A DNA stretch of 64,000 nucleotides from Longimicrobiales bacterium (GTDB taxonomy: Bacteria; Gemmatimonadota; Gemmatimonadetes; Longimicrobiales; Gaopeijiaceae), in contig CBDCNQ010000002.1 of assembly GCA_965219445.1 (NCBI GenBank), positions 544,001 to 608,000 of the forward strand. The letters are read 5' to 3'. Below the pieces are notes generated by a model. The model had not been told where the DNA came from, ran no database searches, and saw nothing but the letters and a program-made list of their open reading frames with translations. Shown here in pieces: positions 30,652 to 41,020 of the stretch. Numbering within the stretch: the stretch's first letter is position 1; every line of letters begins with the position of its first letter. Both the position numbers and the translations under genes were made by a program.

Positions 30652-31772
30652 GCACGCTCAGCCGGACTCGGCTCATGGCCATGGCGCGCAAAGAGGTTCT
30701 CCACCTACGTCGTGACCCCAGGAGCCTCTTGCTCGCGTTCCTCCTACCCGCCCTTCTCGTCGTCCTGTTCGGGTACGCCATCACATGGGACGTGGAGGAC
30801 ATCCGTACGGCCGTCTTGGACCAGGACGGATCCAGCCGGAGTCGAGAGCTGCTCGAGGCCTTCGAGGCATCCGGCTACTTCACGATGGTGCGCCGGCTGA
30901 CCCGACAGGGCCAAGTCGAGGAGGTCCTGGACCGGGGCGAGGCCCTCGTCGTCATCGTGCTGCCGCCCGACTTCGCAAGGGATCTCGATGGAGGACGATC
31001 CGCCGCGCTCCAGATTCTAGTCGACGGCAGCGACGCCAACACGGCGACCATCGCGTTGGGATACGCCCAGAGCATCGTGCGGTCATTCTCCACGGATGCC
31101 CTACTGGAGGGAGCCGAGCTCCCCGTGACGATCAGCGCGGAGACCCGAGTGTGGTACAACGAGGAGCTCCTGAGCAGGAACATGATCGTCCCCGGGCTCG
31201 TGGCGGTCATCATGATGATCATCGCCGCCATGCTCACCTCTCTCACCATCGCCCGGGAGTGGGAGCGAGGCACCATGGAGCAGCTCGTGTCCACCCCGGT
31301 CCATAAGTTCGAGGTGGTCCTGGGAAAGCTGCTACCCTACGTGGCCATCGGAATCATCGACGTGGTGCTGGTAAGCGTCATCGGCGTTCTTCTCTTCGAC
31401 GTTCCGTTCCGGGGCAGCCCCAGCCTTCTGATGATCCTCTCGCTCGCCTTCATCGTGGGGGCCCTGGGGTTGGGGATGTTCATCTCTGCGGTCGCACGCT
31501 CACAACTCTTGGCCACTCAGATGGCGATGATCCTGACGTTTCTCCCGGCGTTTCTGCTTTCCGGGTTCATGTTCGCCATCGACGTCATGCCCCCGGCGCT
31601 ACAGGCTATCACCTACCTGATCCCCGCCCGCTACTTCCTGGTGGTGACCCGGGGTGTGTTCCTGAAGGGGAGTGGCGTCGAGGTGTTGGCCACCGAGGGC
31701 TTGCTCATGATCGCCTTCGCCGCCCTGGGCCTTTTCGGTGCGACCCGGGCGTTCAAGAAAGAGATCCAGTGA
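30648..31772 (+). CDS. ABC-2 type permease (YbhS-like)
   Basis: AREWERGTMEQL, LLSGFMF. Confidence 0.92.
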   Translation: MSTLSRTRLMAMARKEVLHLRRDPRSLLLAFLLPALLVVLFGYAITWDVEDIRTAVLDQDGSSRSRELLEAFEASGYFTMVRRLTRQGQVEEVLDRGEALVVIVLPPDFARDLDGGRSAALQILVDGSDANTATIALGYAQSIVRSFSTDALLEGAELPVTISAETRVWYNEELLSRNMIVPGLVAVIMMIIAAMLTSLTIAREWERGTMEQLVSTPVHKFEVVLGKLLPYVAIGIIDVVLVSVIGVLLFDVPFRGSPSLLMILSLAFIVGALGLGMFISAVARSQLLATQMAMILTFLPAFLLSGFMFAIDVMPPALQAITYLIPARYFLVVTRGVFLKGSGVEVLATEGLLMIAFAALGLFGATRAFKKEIQ

Positions 31773-32890
31773 GCGGGGTGACAAGGAGATTCGAGCGCGT
31801 ATTCGGCATCCTGGCCAAGGAGTTCCGGCAGACGTTCCGGGACCCCCGGATGGCCCGGGTGATCTTCGTGGCTCCCATCGTTCAGCTCTTGGCGTTCGGA
31901 TACGCCGTTTCCACCGATCTCGACGACACCTCGATGTTCGTGGTCGATCACGACAACACGCGGGAGTCAAGGGAATTGGTGTCTTCCATCACGGCCTCCG
32001 GCTACTTCGATGTAACGGGTCGTTCGCAAGCACCCGCAGATCTTGTACGTGCCTTGGACCGAGGGGATGCGGTCCTTGGGGTCGAGATCCCGCGGGGATA
32101 CGCGGAAGCCTGGCTGGGCGACGGCGGAGCACAGATCCAGGTACTCCTCGACGGAACCAACTCCAACACGGCCACGATGGCCCAAGGCTACATCACTCGC
32201 ATCATCGAGGGACGCGCCGTTGAGCGGGCGATGACGGGAGTGGCACCTCCCGTGGATCTGCGTGAAAGGGCCTGGTACAATCCCGAGCTCGCCAGCCGTA
32301 ACTACAATGTCCCGGCGGTCGTGGGGACCCTCATCATGATAGTCTGCCTGCTGCTCACGTCACTCGCGATCGTTCGAGAGCGCGAGATCGGAACCCTGGA
32401 GCAGCTCAAGGTCAGCCCACTCACGGCCGGGGAGCTCGTTGCCGGAAAGACATTACCGTTCGGGATCATCGGGATGGGGGATTTGGTCCTGGTGACAACG
32501 GTGGCGGTCCTCTGGTTCGACGTGCCGCTTCGGGGCAGCCTTCCCGTCCTGTTCATGGCCAGTCTCTTGTATGTGATCGCGGGCTTGGGCATGGGTCTGC
32601 TCATCTCCACAGTCTCCAAGACGCAGCAAGAGGCCTTCATGACCACCTTCCTCGTGTTCATGCCCGCCCTGCTACTGTCCGGATTCATGTTTCCCGTTTC
32701 CAGCATGCCCCAGATTTTCCAGGACATCACCATCTTGAACCCGGTCCGGCACTACATCGAGATCGTGCGGGCCATCTTCCTCAAAGGGATTGGTCTCGAT
32801 GTCCTTTGGCCTCAGTTCCTAGCCCTCCTGCTCCTGGGCCTCGCGCTCCTGACCCTGGCGACTCTTCGGTTCAGACGAGAGGTCGTCTAG
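31769..32890 (+). CDS. ABC-2 type permease (YbhR-like)
   Basis: VREREIGTLEQL, LLSGFMFP. Confidence 0.92.
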   Translation: MSGVTRRFERVFGILAKEFRQTFRDPRMARVIFVAPIVQLLAFGYAVSTDLDDTSMFVVDHDNTRESRELVSSITASGYFDVTGRSQAPADLVRALDRGDAVLGVEIPRGYAEAWLGDGGAQIQVLLDGTNSNTATMAQGYITRIIEGRAVERAMTGVAPPVDLRERAWYNPELASRNYNVPAVVGTLIMIVCLLLTSLAIVREREIGTLEQLKVSPLTAGELVAGKTLPFGIIGMGDLVLVTTVAVLWFDVPLRGSLPVLFMASLLYVIAGLGMGLLISTVSKTQQEAFMTTFLVFMPALLLSGFMFPVSSMPQIFQDITILNPVRHYIEIVRAIFLKGIGLDVLWPQFLALLLLGLALLTLATLRFRREVV

Positions 32891-32937
32891 ACGTAGAGCC
32901 GCGGGGAAAGCGTCTGAGACAATCCACTTGCGGTGTA

Positions 32938-32960
32938 AAGCCCGCTTCGAAGACGGGCTT
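32938..32960. terminator. Hairpin between convergent genes
   Basis: aagcccg-N9-cgggctt. Confidence 0.45.
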
Positions 32961-33756
32961 ATCTCATATTGGCCGCTCGCTGGACCATCTCGATATTCGC
33001 ACCGCTCGGTCCCGCGATGAAGAAAAAGGAGATCTGTCCATTCACAAAGGTCAGTCTGTTCGGCCGCCGAGTGATCTCCACACGCTTGCCGCTGAGCTCA
33101 TCCAGCTTCGGGTTGAGATCCAGAGCTCTCCATCCGAGGTGATCTATGGCCCCCTCGGTGCTCGGGAAAGTCTCGCCCTGGGTTACCAACAACCAGACGT
33201 TCCCCGGATAGAGGATTCCGTCCAAGCGGCCCCGCAGAGGGGTGCGGACACCACCGAACTTGTCCTGATACCACTGCAGGGCAGTCTCCGGCTCCGGGCT
33301 CCTCACGTGGATATGGTGGAACCCTAGGTGCTGAGGGTCCTCGATGATTTCGAGTCGCACTCCCCATGGGTCCACGGCAAAGCTCAGCGGAAAGAGGCCC
33401 TCGACGTCCCGCCTCGGTGTGGTGATCGTCGCGCCCGCTGCCTCTAGCTCGCGGAGCTTCGCGTCGAGATCCGCTACCGAAAAGCCCAAGTGGTCGATCA
33501 CGCTCCCCTCGCTTGGCCTTCGATCCGCCGCCCGCTGCCAAATAAACCGGGTCGTGCCCAAGAGCAGTCGCTCGTCCCGACCGTCGACCGCCTCACCCCC
33601 GATGTGATCGAGATACCACTGGGCGGCCGCCGGAGGATCGGGCACGGCCATATGTACGTGATCGTACAGCAGCGTCTCGGACTGAGCGCCCAGGACAGGA
33701 GCGGACACAGCGATCAGGGCGATCGCCCCGAGGATAGACGTAGCGAAGCGTTGCAT
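32959..33756 (-). CDS. Secreted VOC/glyoxalase-family protein (two VOC domains)
   Basis: DHVHM..WY, IDHLGFSV, DPWGVRLE; pattern repeated in the second half. Confidence 0.85.
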   Translation of the reverse strand: MQRFATSILGAIALIAVSAPVLGAQSETLLYDHVHMAVPDPPAAAQWYLDHIGGEAVDGRDERLLLGTTRFIWQRAADRRPSEGSVIDHLGFSVADLDAKLRELEAAGATITTPRRDVEGLFPLSFAVDPWGVRLEIIEDPQHLGFHHIHVRSPEPETALQWYQDKFGGVRTPLRGRLDGILYPGNVWLLVTQGETFPSTEGAIDHLGWRALDLNPKLDELSGKRVEITRRPNRLTFVNGQISFFFIAGPSGANIEMVQRAANMR

Positions 33757-33788
33757 GACGGACTCCGAAAAGGAACGTGAGTTGACTG

Positions 33789-34490
33789 CTAACGCGGCAT
33801 AGAGGCAGGCGGGTTGAAGCGATTCGTGAAAGGGGCCAGTTCGTTCGTCCGCTCCTGGGCATCGATCACGGCATGGGAGGCGCCAATCGCTCCGTACAGT
33901 GCTTGAATGGAAACAAGCTCGATAATCCCTTCCTCACCGAACATGGCCAGCGCCCGCTCATAGGTCGCGTCAGTGATATGCCGATTCTTCCAGAGCTCCT
34001 GGAGGAAGTCGTACGCAAGCGCTTCGTCTTCCGTCATGTTAATTGGACGCTGGCCCGCGGCCAGCGATCTCACCGTCTCCGGCTTCACGCCTTCCCGGAT
34101 CGCGGCTCCGCTGTGACTGTTCCACGGATGATTTGCGGTCCACTCGCGAGCGGTGATGATGGCCGCCCATTCGTAGATTTTCGGAGAGACCTGCAACTCC
34201 TCCGAACCGTAATGCACCCGCAACCGCACCATCGTGTCCACCAGGTCGGGAACCCGAAGGAACGCATTCCACGCAACATTACCGGGATTACGCCCGGGCC
34301 TCACGGCCTCGTAGTCGTCCCAGTCCTGCTGTTGCCGCGGGGTCAATTCGTCATAGGAGAGGAGCCGAAACCGCTGGCGCTCCATCTGACGATGGAGATC
34401 CGGGTCGATCTCATTTGCCGCCGCCTGGGCGCTCACCCCGGAGTAAGGCATCAATACGAAAAAGGAGAGCAGGACGGTCTTCATCTGCAT
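33789..34490 (-). CDS. Secreted carboxymuconolactone decarboxylase/AhpD-like protein
   Basis: EWAAIITAREW, ITDATYERALAMFGEEGIIELV. Confidence 0.75.
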   Translation of the reverse strand: MQMKTVLLSFFVLMPYSGVSAQAAANEIDPDLHRQMERQRFRLLSYDELTPRQQQDWDDYEAVRPGRNPGNVAWNAFLRVPDLVDTMVRLRVHYGSEELQVSPKIYEWAAIITAREWTANHPWNSHSGAAIREGVKPETVRSLAAGQRPINMTEDEALAYDFLQELWKNRHITDATYERALAMFGEEGIIELVSIQALYGAIGASHAVIDAQERTNELAPFTNRFNPPASMPR

Positions 34491-34899
34491 TTTGATTTCT
34501 CCCGGTCTCTAGGGGGTGACCCTCGTCGCCAAAAGCGCCACTTGGAGTCTGCATCGGAACTTCTCTCGTGCCCTGACCATGATGTGGCTCTCCTGTCGGT
34601 ATCTTACCGGCTCGCGACGCGAAAACCTCTACCTTCTCTGCTTGTCCGGCGGAGCTGTGCTTGCGACAAGATGCCGCGACCGCACACGGACAGCAAGCAG
34701 AGCTAGGGCCCCGTCCATATGCTCCGGGCCGAGCCCGAAAGCTGTTCTAGCGCGCGGCGAAACCGTTGACTACCGGCCTTTCGAGCCTGATGATTGTGCC
34801 GCCGCGCGTGACGAAATCAGGCTGTCACGGGCAACTGACTCCCTCGTTTCGTGTCTCCATGACATCTTCCACCATCTTACACAGCAGCGTAAAGTCCCA

Positions 34900-37299
34900 A
34901 TGACCGTTCGCCGTTCGATCGCAGCTTCGTCCGTTACGGTGATCCTTTGGACGGCGTCCGTGCTTCTCGCCTCGCCCACCGGTGTGGACGCCCAGGTACC
35001 CGTGTTCTCCGAGGCCGACCGAGTCACGATCGAGGGGCCACCGCCTCCGACGGCCCCAGACGTCATCAACCGGGATGCCGAGGGCCGAGCCACGCTCCGG
35101 GCCGTCCGGACTTCGGAGCCTCTCCGAATCGATGGCGAGCTGGATGAGGCATTCTACCGCAACACGACTCCGATCTCGGATTTCGTTCAGAACCTCCCGA
35201 ATGAAGGAGCAGCCCCGACGGAGCTCACCGAAGCCTGGGTCGGGTTCGACGGCTCGAACGTGTACGTGTCCGCACGCGTTTGGGACTCCGCCCCAGAGAG
35301 AGATTGGGTCGCCAACGAGATGCGGCGGGACTCGCCGTCGATAGAGTCCAACGACCAGTTCGGCGTCTTTCTGGATACCTATTACGACCGTCGGAATAGC
35401 GTGGGGTTCTTCGTCAACCCGCTGGGCGGCTTCACGGATCAACAGATCACGAACGAAGTGGACCTCAACATCGACTGGAATCCCATCACTCAGATCCAGA
35501 CGGGTCGCTTCGACGGGGGATGGACCGTCGAAATGGCGATTCCATTCAGATCGCTCCGCTATCGCACCGGAAGGGACCAGGTCTGGGGGATCCAGATGAG
35601 GCGCTCCATCGTTAGAAAGAACGAGTGGAGCCATCTCACTGACCTCCCGTTCTCCGTGGTCAGGAACGGAGCCCAGGGGGCGACACGCATATCGATGTAC
35701 GGAACCCTCGTGGGAATCGAGCCGCCGCCGCCGAGCAAGCACCTGGAGGTCAAGCCCTATGCGATCTCCGGTCTCGAAACGGACTTGACCGCTGATCCCG
35801 CGATTTCCAACGACGGCTACGCCGACGCCGGGCTGGACATCAAGTACGGGATCACTGAAAACTTGACCGCCGACGTCACCTTCAACACCGATTTCGCTCA
35901 GGTGGAGGTGGACGAGCAGCAGGTGAACCTCAGCCGCTTCAACCTTTTTTTCCCGGAAAAGAGAGAATTCTTTCTGGAGGGTCAGGGGATCTTCGAGTTC
36001 GGAAATGGTGGCAGGGTAGGAACCGTGGGTTCGGGTGGGCCACCCCGAGCTTCGAACGCAAGCAGCACCGGCCGGGGGCGTGGTGGACGGAGTGTAAACG
36101 CTCCCACTTTGTTCTATAGCCGACAGGTCGGGCTCCAGGATGGTGAGTCGGTGCCCATTTTCGGGGGAGGTCGCCTCACCGGGAAGGTCGGCGCATTCGA
36201 CGTCGGAGCCGTCGGCATCCGGACCGATGACGAGCCGGCTGTCGGTCCCGAACCCACGACCTTCACCGTGCTGAGGATTCGTCGGGACGTATTCGCCCGA
36301 AGCAGCGTCGGCGTGATGTTTCAGGATCGTTCGAACTCCATTCTCGCCGGGACCGGATCCAATCAAGCGTACGGAGTCGACGCGAATTTCAACTTCTTCG
36401 AGAACCTTCAGGCCTTCGGCTACTACGCGAAAACCAGAACTGACGGACTCGGGGACAAGGACGAGAGCTATCGGGCGAGGGTCGGTTATCGAGGGGAGGT
36501 GTATAGCCTGTCCATGGATCACGTCCTGGTCGGCGACAACTTCAACCCCGAGATCGGATTCGTTCGCAGGAGTGATTTCCGCGAGACCAACGTGTTCGGG
36601 CGGTTCAGTCCCCGCCCCGCATCCGTCCCCTCCATCCGTCGTTTCACCTTCGCCGGAGCGCTCGGCTACATAGAGAACGAGCGACTCAGATTCTTGGAGA
36701 GTCGCACTCGACTGGGCCGCTTCGAGGTCGAGTTCGAGAACAGCGACTGGCTGACCGTGACCTTCACCGACCTCTTCGAGAGGTTGGCGGAGGACACCAA
36801 CATCTCGGGGGCGACCATCCCGGCGGGGCGCTATTCCTTCCGCGACGTCGGGTTGAGCTATGCCTTTGGCCCTCATCGCCGGGCATCGGGCAACCTCTCG
36901 GTCACCTGGGGCAGCTTCTACTCCGGTGACGTCAGGTCAGTCGGCGTCACCGGCGGCCGAGTCGAAGTCCTCCCTCAGCTATCCGTCGAGCCCAGCATCG
37001 AGTTCAACTGGGTCGACCTGCCCGGGCTGCAGGCGTTCGACGGGGAGTTCAACCAGCACGTGGCGCGAACGCGGATCACCTACAGCCTGAGTCCCCGCTC
37101 GTTCTTGAGTGGACTCGTCCAATACAACGCGGGTAGCGACACCTTCAGCACCAACGTTCGGCTGAGGTGGGAGTGGGCCCCCGGCAGCGAACTCTTCATC
37201 GTGTACACGGAGGATCGCAACGCCGACGTGCTCGACAGGTGGTCTGAGCTGTCGAACCGTGGGTTCGTGATCAAGGTCAATCGGCTGTTTCGGTTTTGA
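34900..37299 (+). CDS. CBM9-like + DUF5916 outer-membrane protein (paralog of 9651-11993)
   Basis: IDGELDE, EMAIPFRSLRY, NTDFAQVEVD, FPEKREFFLEG; terminal F. Confidence 0.87.
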   Translation: MTVRRSIAASSVTVILWTASVLLASPTGVDAQVPVFSEADRVTIEGPPPPTAPDVINRDAEGRATLRAVRTSEPLRIDGELDEAFYRNTTPISDFVQNLPNEGAAPTELTEAWVGFDGSNVYVSARVWDSAPERDWVANEMRRDSPSIESNDQFGVFLDTYYDRRNSVGFFVNPLGGFTDQQITNEVDLNIDWNPITQIQTGRFDGGWTVEMAIPFRSLRYRTGRDQVWGIQMRRSIVRKNEWSHLTDLPFSVVRNGAQGATRISMYGTLVGIEPPPPSKHLEVKPYAISGLETDLTADPAISNDGYADAGLDIKYGITENLTADVTFNTDFAQVEVDEQQVNLSRFNLFFPEKREFFLEGQGIFEFGNGGRVGTVGSGGPPRASNASSTGRGRGGRSVNAPTLFYSRQVGLQDGESVPIFGGGRLTGKVGAFDVGAVGIRTDDEPAVGPEPTTFTVLRIRRDVFARSSVGVMFQDRSNSILAGTGSNQAYGVDANFNFFENLQAFGYYAKTRTDGLGDKDESYRARVGYRGEVYSLSMDHVLVGDNFNPEIGFVRRSDFRETNVFGRFSPRPASVPSIRRFTFAGALGYIENERLRFLESRTRLGRFEVEFENSDWLTVTFTDLFERLAEDTNISGATIPAGRYSFRDVGLSYAFGPHRRASGNLSVTWGSFYSGDVRSVGVTGGRVEVLPQLSVEPSIEFNWVDLPGLQAFDGEFNQHVARTRITYSLSPRSFLSGLVQYNAGSDTFSTNVRLRWEWAPGSELFIVYTEDRNADVLDRWSELSNRGFVIKVNRLFRF

Positions 37300-37330
37300 C
37301 CATTTGGATGGCACTCCGAAGTCGCTCGAG

Positions 37331-37606
37331 TCATTTGACCGAGAGCGTTGATCGCCCGCCGGCTCCCCGCCGCCCTTGAGGGTGAGCCGCCCGGGCCGCC
37401 ACGACATCGGTGACCCGACTCGGCAACACAGCCTCGACCCAGTCGACGAACATCGGATCCGACGTGATCCGCCGAAGCTCGTCCTCATTGAGGTAGAGGT
37501 CGGCCCGACCGGTCGCGCAACGAACTTGGATGGTGCGGGGAATATAGATTCCGGCTGTCAGGGCACCAACGAGTCCGTTCAGGAAGGTCTTCCCTTCCCT
37601 GGCCAA
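37331..37606 (-). pseudogene. Possible C-terminal remnant of a Bor/Iss-like lipoprotein
   Basis: TFLNGLVGALTAGIYIPRTIQVRC; no signal peptide upstream. Confidence 0.4.
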
Positions 37607-37844
37607 GTACGAGCGGCTCTACGCCGAAAGCTGCCAGGAGGCCGTGTCACTCCTCCTAATCTGTGAGGAGCTCGGGCGGAAGATCGGGAAGCTCCAGAGC
37701 TCCGTGCGGTGGGATCTGGAACTGGCACACGATCGGAATTCCCAGGGGCGACGTCGCCGGACCCTTGCACCCATAATGAAGCCTGGGGGTCCTCAGCGGC
37801 CTTGCGGCGCGGCAGGGAGGGCCGAGGTAGGGATAGCTCGGTAG

Positions 37845-38204
37845 AGGGGGTTCCCGGAACCGCGTACGACTCCCGTACGCGGCCTCCGACGGCCTCATTC
37901 GGATGGGCAAAGCGGGGGGTCCCATCCTTGGACGTTCGATGAGGCCGTTGAGCGCCTGGCTCCTCAGGTTGAGCAGGTAGAGCGCGAGGTTGAAGCCCTC
38001 CCTAGCCAACTCAGAGGCGCCAGAGTTGTCATCGAGGCAACCCTCCTCCCGAACTATCTCGCCGCCACATATTTCCCGACCCCCCTTCTCGAAGCCACTG
38101 GGTTTCAGTCGGTGGGCAGTCGCTCGACGACTGGAACTTACCGCACTCAAACGATGGAGCAGGAGAGGCCGACGAAGGTGCTGTTGTTGTCTGGAACTGG
38201 GGAG
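37845..38204 (+). pseudogene. N-terminal remnant of a probable S8 peptidase of the AAA-ATPase-associated (IetS-like) type, cut by IS256
   Basis: Start-less open frame reading HPWTFDEAVERLAPQ...TLLPNYLAATYFPTPLLEATGFQSVGSR up to the IS256 end; family assignment from memory of the motif. Confidence 0.45.
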
Positions 38205-38233
38205 GAGGTTGGGTCAATAGGTGTGTAAATGTT

Positions 38234-39478
38234 TCAGGCGGCGTTTTTCCGCTGTTGGGTTGAGACGGGCTTTCCGTCTTCGAACTTTCTTCCTTCAAAT
38301 ACGTCCTTGAGGAGGTGAGGAGCGTCGAGCCTTCTGAAGCGCTTCTCCGCCACCAAGAGCAGCTTCCAGATCAGCGCCGTAGCGCTCTCGACCCGCTTGA
38401 AGCGCTTCGCCGCCGTTGTCCTGAGCCGTACTGCGGCAAAGGGGCTCTCGACCACGTTCGTCGTGCGTAGATGCTTCCAGTGGTCCTCGGGGAAGTCGTA
38501 GAACGCCACCATCCGCTCCCAGTCGTCCTCGAGTACATCCACCGCCTTCGGATACCACGGTCTGTAGCGCCTGGCGAACGCCTCACGGGCCTTCAGCGCC
38601 TCGGACCGCCTCGGTGCGTAGACCACGGTCCTGAGAAGGTCCTTCGCCTCGCTCTGCTCCCGCTGAGGCAGCCGGTCCAGCACGTTCCTCATCTTGTGGT
38701 TCCAGCACCGTTGCTCGCCCGCCTCAGGCCATACCTGCCGTACTGCGCCCCAGATCGCCGCGTTGCCGTCCGCCATCAAAAGCCGGGGCGCCTCGATGCC
38801 GCGTGCCTTCAGATCCCGCAACACCTCGGACCAGGACTCGACCGACTCTCGGTAGCCCGATCTCAGGGCCAACACCTCCTTCGTACCATCTCGCATCGCA
38901 CCGAGAACCACCAGCAGCGCTGCCTTGTCCCGCTCGAGCCCCGCCTTCACGTAGATCCCGTCCGCCCAGACGTAGACGACCTCACGGTCGGCCAGCGAGC
39001 GCTTCGACCATTCCTCGAATTTCCTTGTCCATCCCGCCCGCAGCCGCCAAATCGAAGACTTCGACAACGGGGCCCCCTCGCCCAGCAGGCCCCGCATCGC
39101 CAGCTCGAAGTCTCCCTCCGCCAGCCCGTGCAGATACAGCTCCGGAAGCAGAGCACCCACCTCCTTCGTCCGTCGTGCGAACAACGGCAACACCCGACTC
39201 TCGAACCGCTCCTCAATGCCTCGAACCCGGGGCCGTCGGAGCATGATCGTGCCCGAGCTCATCGCCAGCCGCCGAGCCTTGCCGTAGCCGTTGCGGTAGC
39301 CTGGCGCCGGGTCTACGACCGTCTTCCGCTCCGACTTCTCCCGGCCGAGCAACTCCGTCACTTCCTCCTCCAGAATCCGCTGGACCATCTCCTGGGCCTT
39401 CTCACGAACCAGCGCTTCCAAGCACTCCCACGTCGGCGTGCTGGACTCACTCTCGGGTCCCACCATATTCTTCCTCAC
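38234..39478 (-). CDS. IS256-family (Mutator) DDE transposase, intact
   Basis: YRNGY, VWADGIY, MADG, QRCWNHK, RTTNVVES. Confidence 0.95.
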   Translation of the reverse strand: MRKNMVGPESESSTPTWECLEALVREKAQEMVQRILEEEVTELLGREKSERKTVVDPAPGYRNGYGKARRLAMSSGTIMLRRPRVRGIEERFESRVLPLFARRTKEVGALLPELYLHGLAEGDFELAMRGLLGEGAPLSKSSIWRLRAGWTRKFEEWSKRSLADREVVYVWADGIYVKAGLERDKAALLVVLGAMRDGTKEVLALRSGYRESVESWSEVLRDLKARGIEAPRLLMADGNAAIWGAVRQVWPEAGEQRCWNHKMRNVLDRLPQREQSEAKDLLRTVVYAPRRSEALKAREAFARRYRPWYPKAVDVLEDDWERMVAFYDFPEDHWKHLRTTNVVESPFAAVRLRTTAAKRFKRVESATALIWKLLLVAEKRFRRLDAPHLLKDVFEGRKFEDGKPVSTQQRKNAA

Positions 39479-39754
39479 GAGGCATCGTTCCTTTCCCCCG
39501 GGCGCTCACCCGGGATTCGCTGGTTAACTTCTTACTACCTAGCGGAAAGGTACGTCGCCTCTTTTTTTACACACCCTTCTATGGGGCTGGCGGTCAAGAC
39601 GCACCTTCCCCACGCGCCGTCGGCTCATTTTTTGACCGTCGGCGTCCGCATGGTTTGGATTGCCCGGTCGACGACTCAGGGTGGGGAGGGGTGCGCTCGC
39701 AGGGTCCGCATCGCAGTCCGGAAGACGTTCACAGCCGTCGCGTTCTCCGCTCTG

Positions 39755-39895
39755 GAGCGGGAACCATCCTTCTATCTGGGACTCTGTGGCCCATCGCTTC
39801 GTTCGGCTCTTCCAGGGGTGCATAGCCTTTGAGTGGGGGCTTGGGCTCTCTGCCCCGGCCCACGGTGTGTATGGATGCTGTCCCCTGTAACCGGT
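39755..39895 (-). ncRNA. Predicted bridge/seek RNA core (target- and donor-binding loops); limits approximate
   Basis: Guides UACACACC (39864-71), UCAAAGG (39826-32) and AUAGAAGG (39768-75) match the target and donor junctions and lie in stem-bounded internal loops. Confidence 0.72.
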
Positions 39896-39964
39896 TCGCT
39901 TCCGTTTCGTCGGACCCCATGTTGTGACCGCTTTCGACCCCACGCTCGCCGATCCCAGGCCGGT

Positions 39965-41020
39965 TTACTCCGTCGCTTCCAGTCTCTTGGGGTCGTACGC
40001 TTCGCCCGTGCGCCACACCGCTAGCACGATCGAGGCGAGCTGACGCGCGATCGTCAGCTTCGCCAGATTCGGCTTCGTGCCCCCCTCCAGGAGTCGCTCG
40101 TAGTGGCGGTACAAGGGTTCGTTTTCGGCCCGACCGATCACCGTCGTCGCCGCGCCCTTGAACACACGCTTCAGCGTGTGGTTGAAGTTCCGATTCAGCC
40201 CCCGCGTCTGCTGTACCGGTTCCCTTACCCACCGCCCACCCGGACCCCGCACCCAGTCCGACGAGCTCCGCATCACCACGCCCAGTCCGCAGTACGCCCA
40301 GAACCTGCTCCGGCTCTGGAACCGGTACGGCGTCACCACCACCGGCAGGAGCTCCGCCGTCCGGATCGGACCCAGACCCGGGCACGTCTTCAGCACATGC
40401 CACTCTCGATGCTTGCGTGCTTCCGCCAGCAACGCCTTCTCGGCCTTCGCCCTCAATGCCACGAGTGCGTCGTGCTCCTCGTACAGCAACCCGGCCGTCG
40501 TCCTGCTCGCTTCCGGCAGCTTGGCCAACCACTCCTCCCGGTCGCGCTTTAAGTAGACCGAGCGCCCCGCGCCGTAGGCCACTCCTCTCGAGCGCAGCAC
40601 GCTCTTGAGCCGGTTCTTCACCCGCACCGTGTCGCCGACCAGGAAGTCGTAGCTCTTCGCCCGTTCCCCCAGCCGCCTGAACTGGCCCCGGTTCTTGTAG
40701 ACCCTCGTCTCCAGTGATCCGATCCGCAGCTTCTCCGCCAGGGCAAACGCGTCCAGCTTGTCGGTCTTCGGGCCCCGGCTCTTGCCGACCCCCGCCACCG
40801 TCAGCTCCTCCACGTGCGGCTCCAGCACCTCGTACAGCCACCCCGACAGCGTCCCTTCTTCCAGGCATAAGTGCCGGTTCCTCGGAATCCCTCGCAGCAC
40901 CTCGATCAGCGCCCGCGCGTTCGTCTCCACCACCTGCGAGCCCAAGCGCTTGCCGCTGGGGCCTACAATCCCCAGCGTGCAGCTCGACGCGTGTGCGTCG
41001 AGTCCGATATATCTCTCCAT
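39965..41020 (-). CDS. IS110-family DEDD recombinase/transposase (351 aa)
   Basis: YIGLDAH, CLEEG, KTDKLDA (DEDD); CPGLG, YCGL, RSSS in the Tnp domain; RBS upstream of ATG 41020. Confidence 0.93.
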   Translation of the reverse strand: MERYIGLDAHASSCTLGIVGPSGKRLGSQVVETNARALIEVLRGIPRNRHLCLEEGTLSGWLYEVLEPHVEELTVAGVGKSRGPKTDKLDAFALAEKLRIGSLETRVYKNRGQFRRLGERAKSYDFLVGDTVRVKNRLKSVLRSRGVAYGAGRSVYLKRDREEWLAKLPEASRTTAGLLYEEHDALVALRAKAEKALLAEARKHREWHVLKTCPGLGPIRTAELLPVVVTPYRFQSRSRFWAYCGLGVVMRSSSDWVRGPGGRWVREPVQQTRGLNRNFNHTLKRVFKGAATTVIGRAENEPLYRHYERLLEGGTKPNLAKLTIARQLASIVLAVWRTGEAYDPKRLEATE

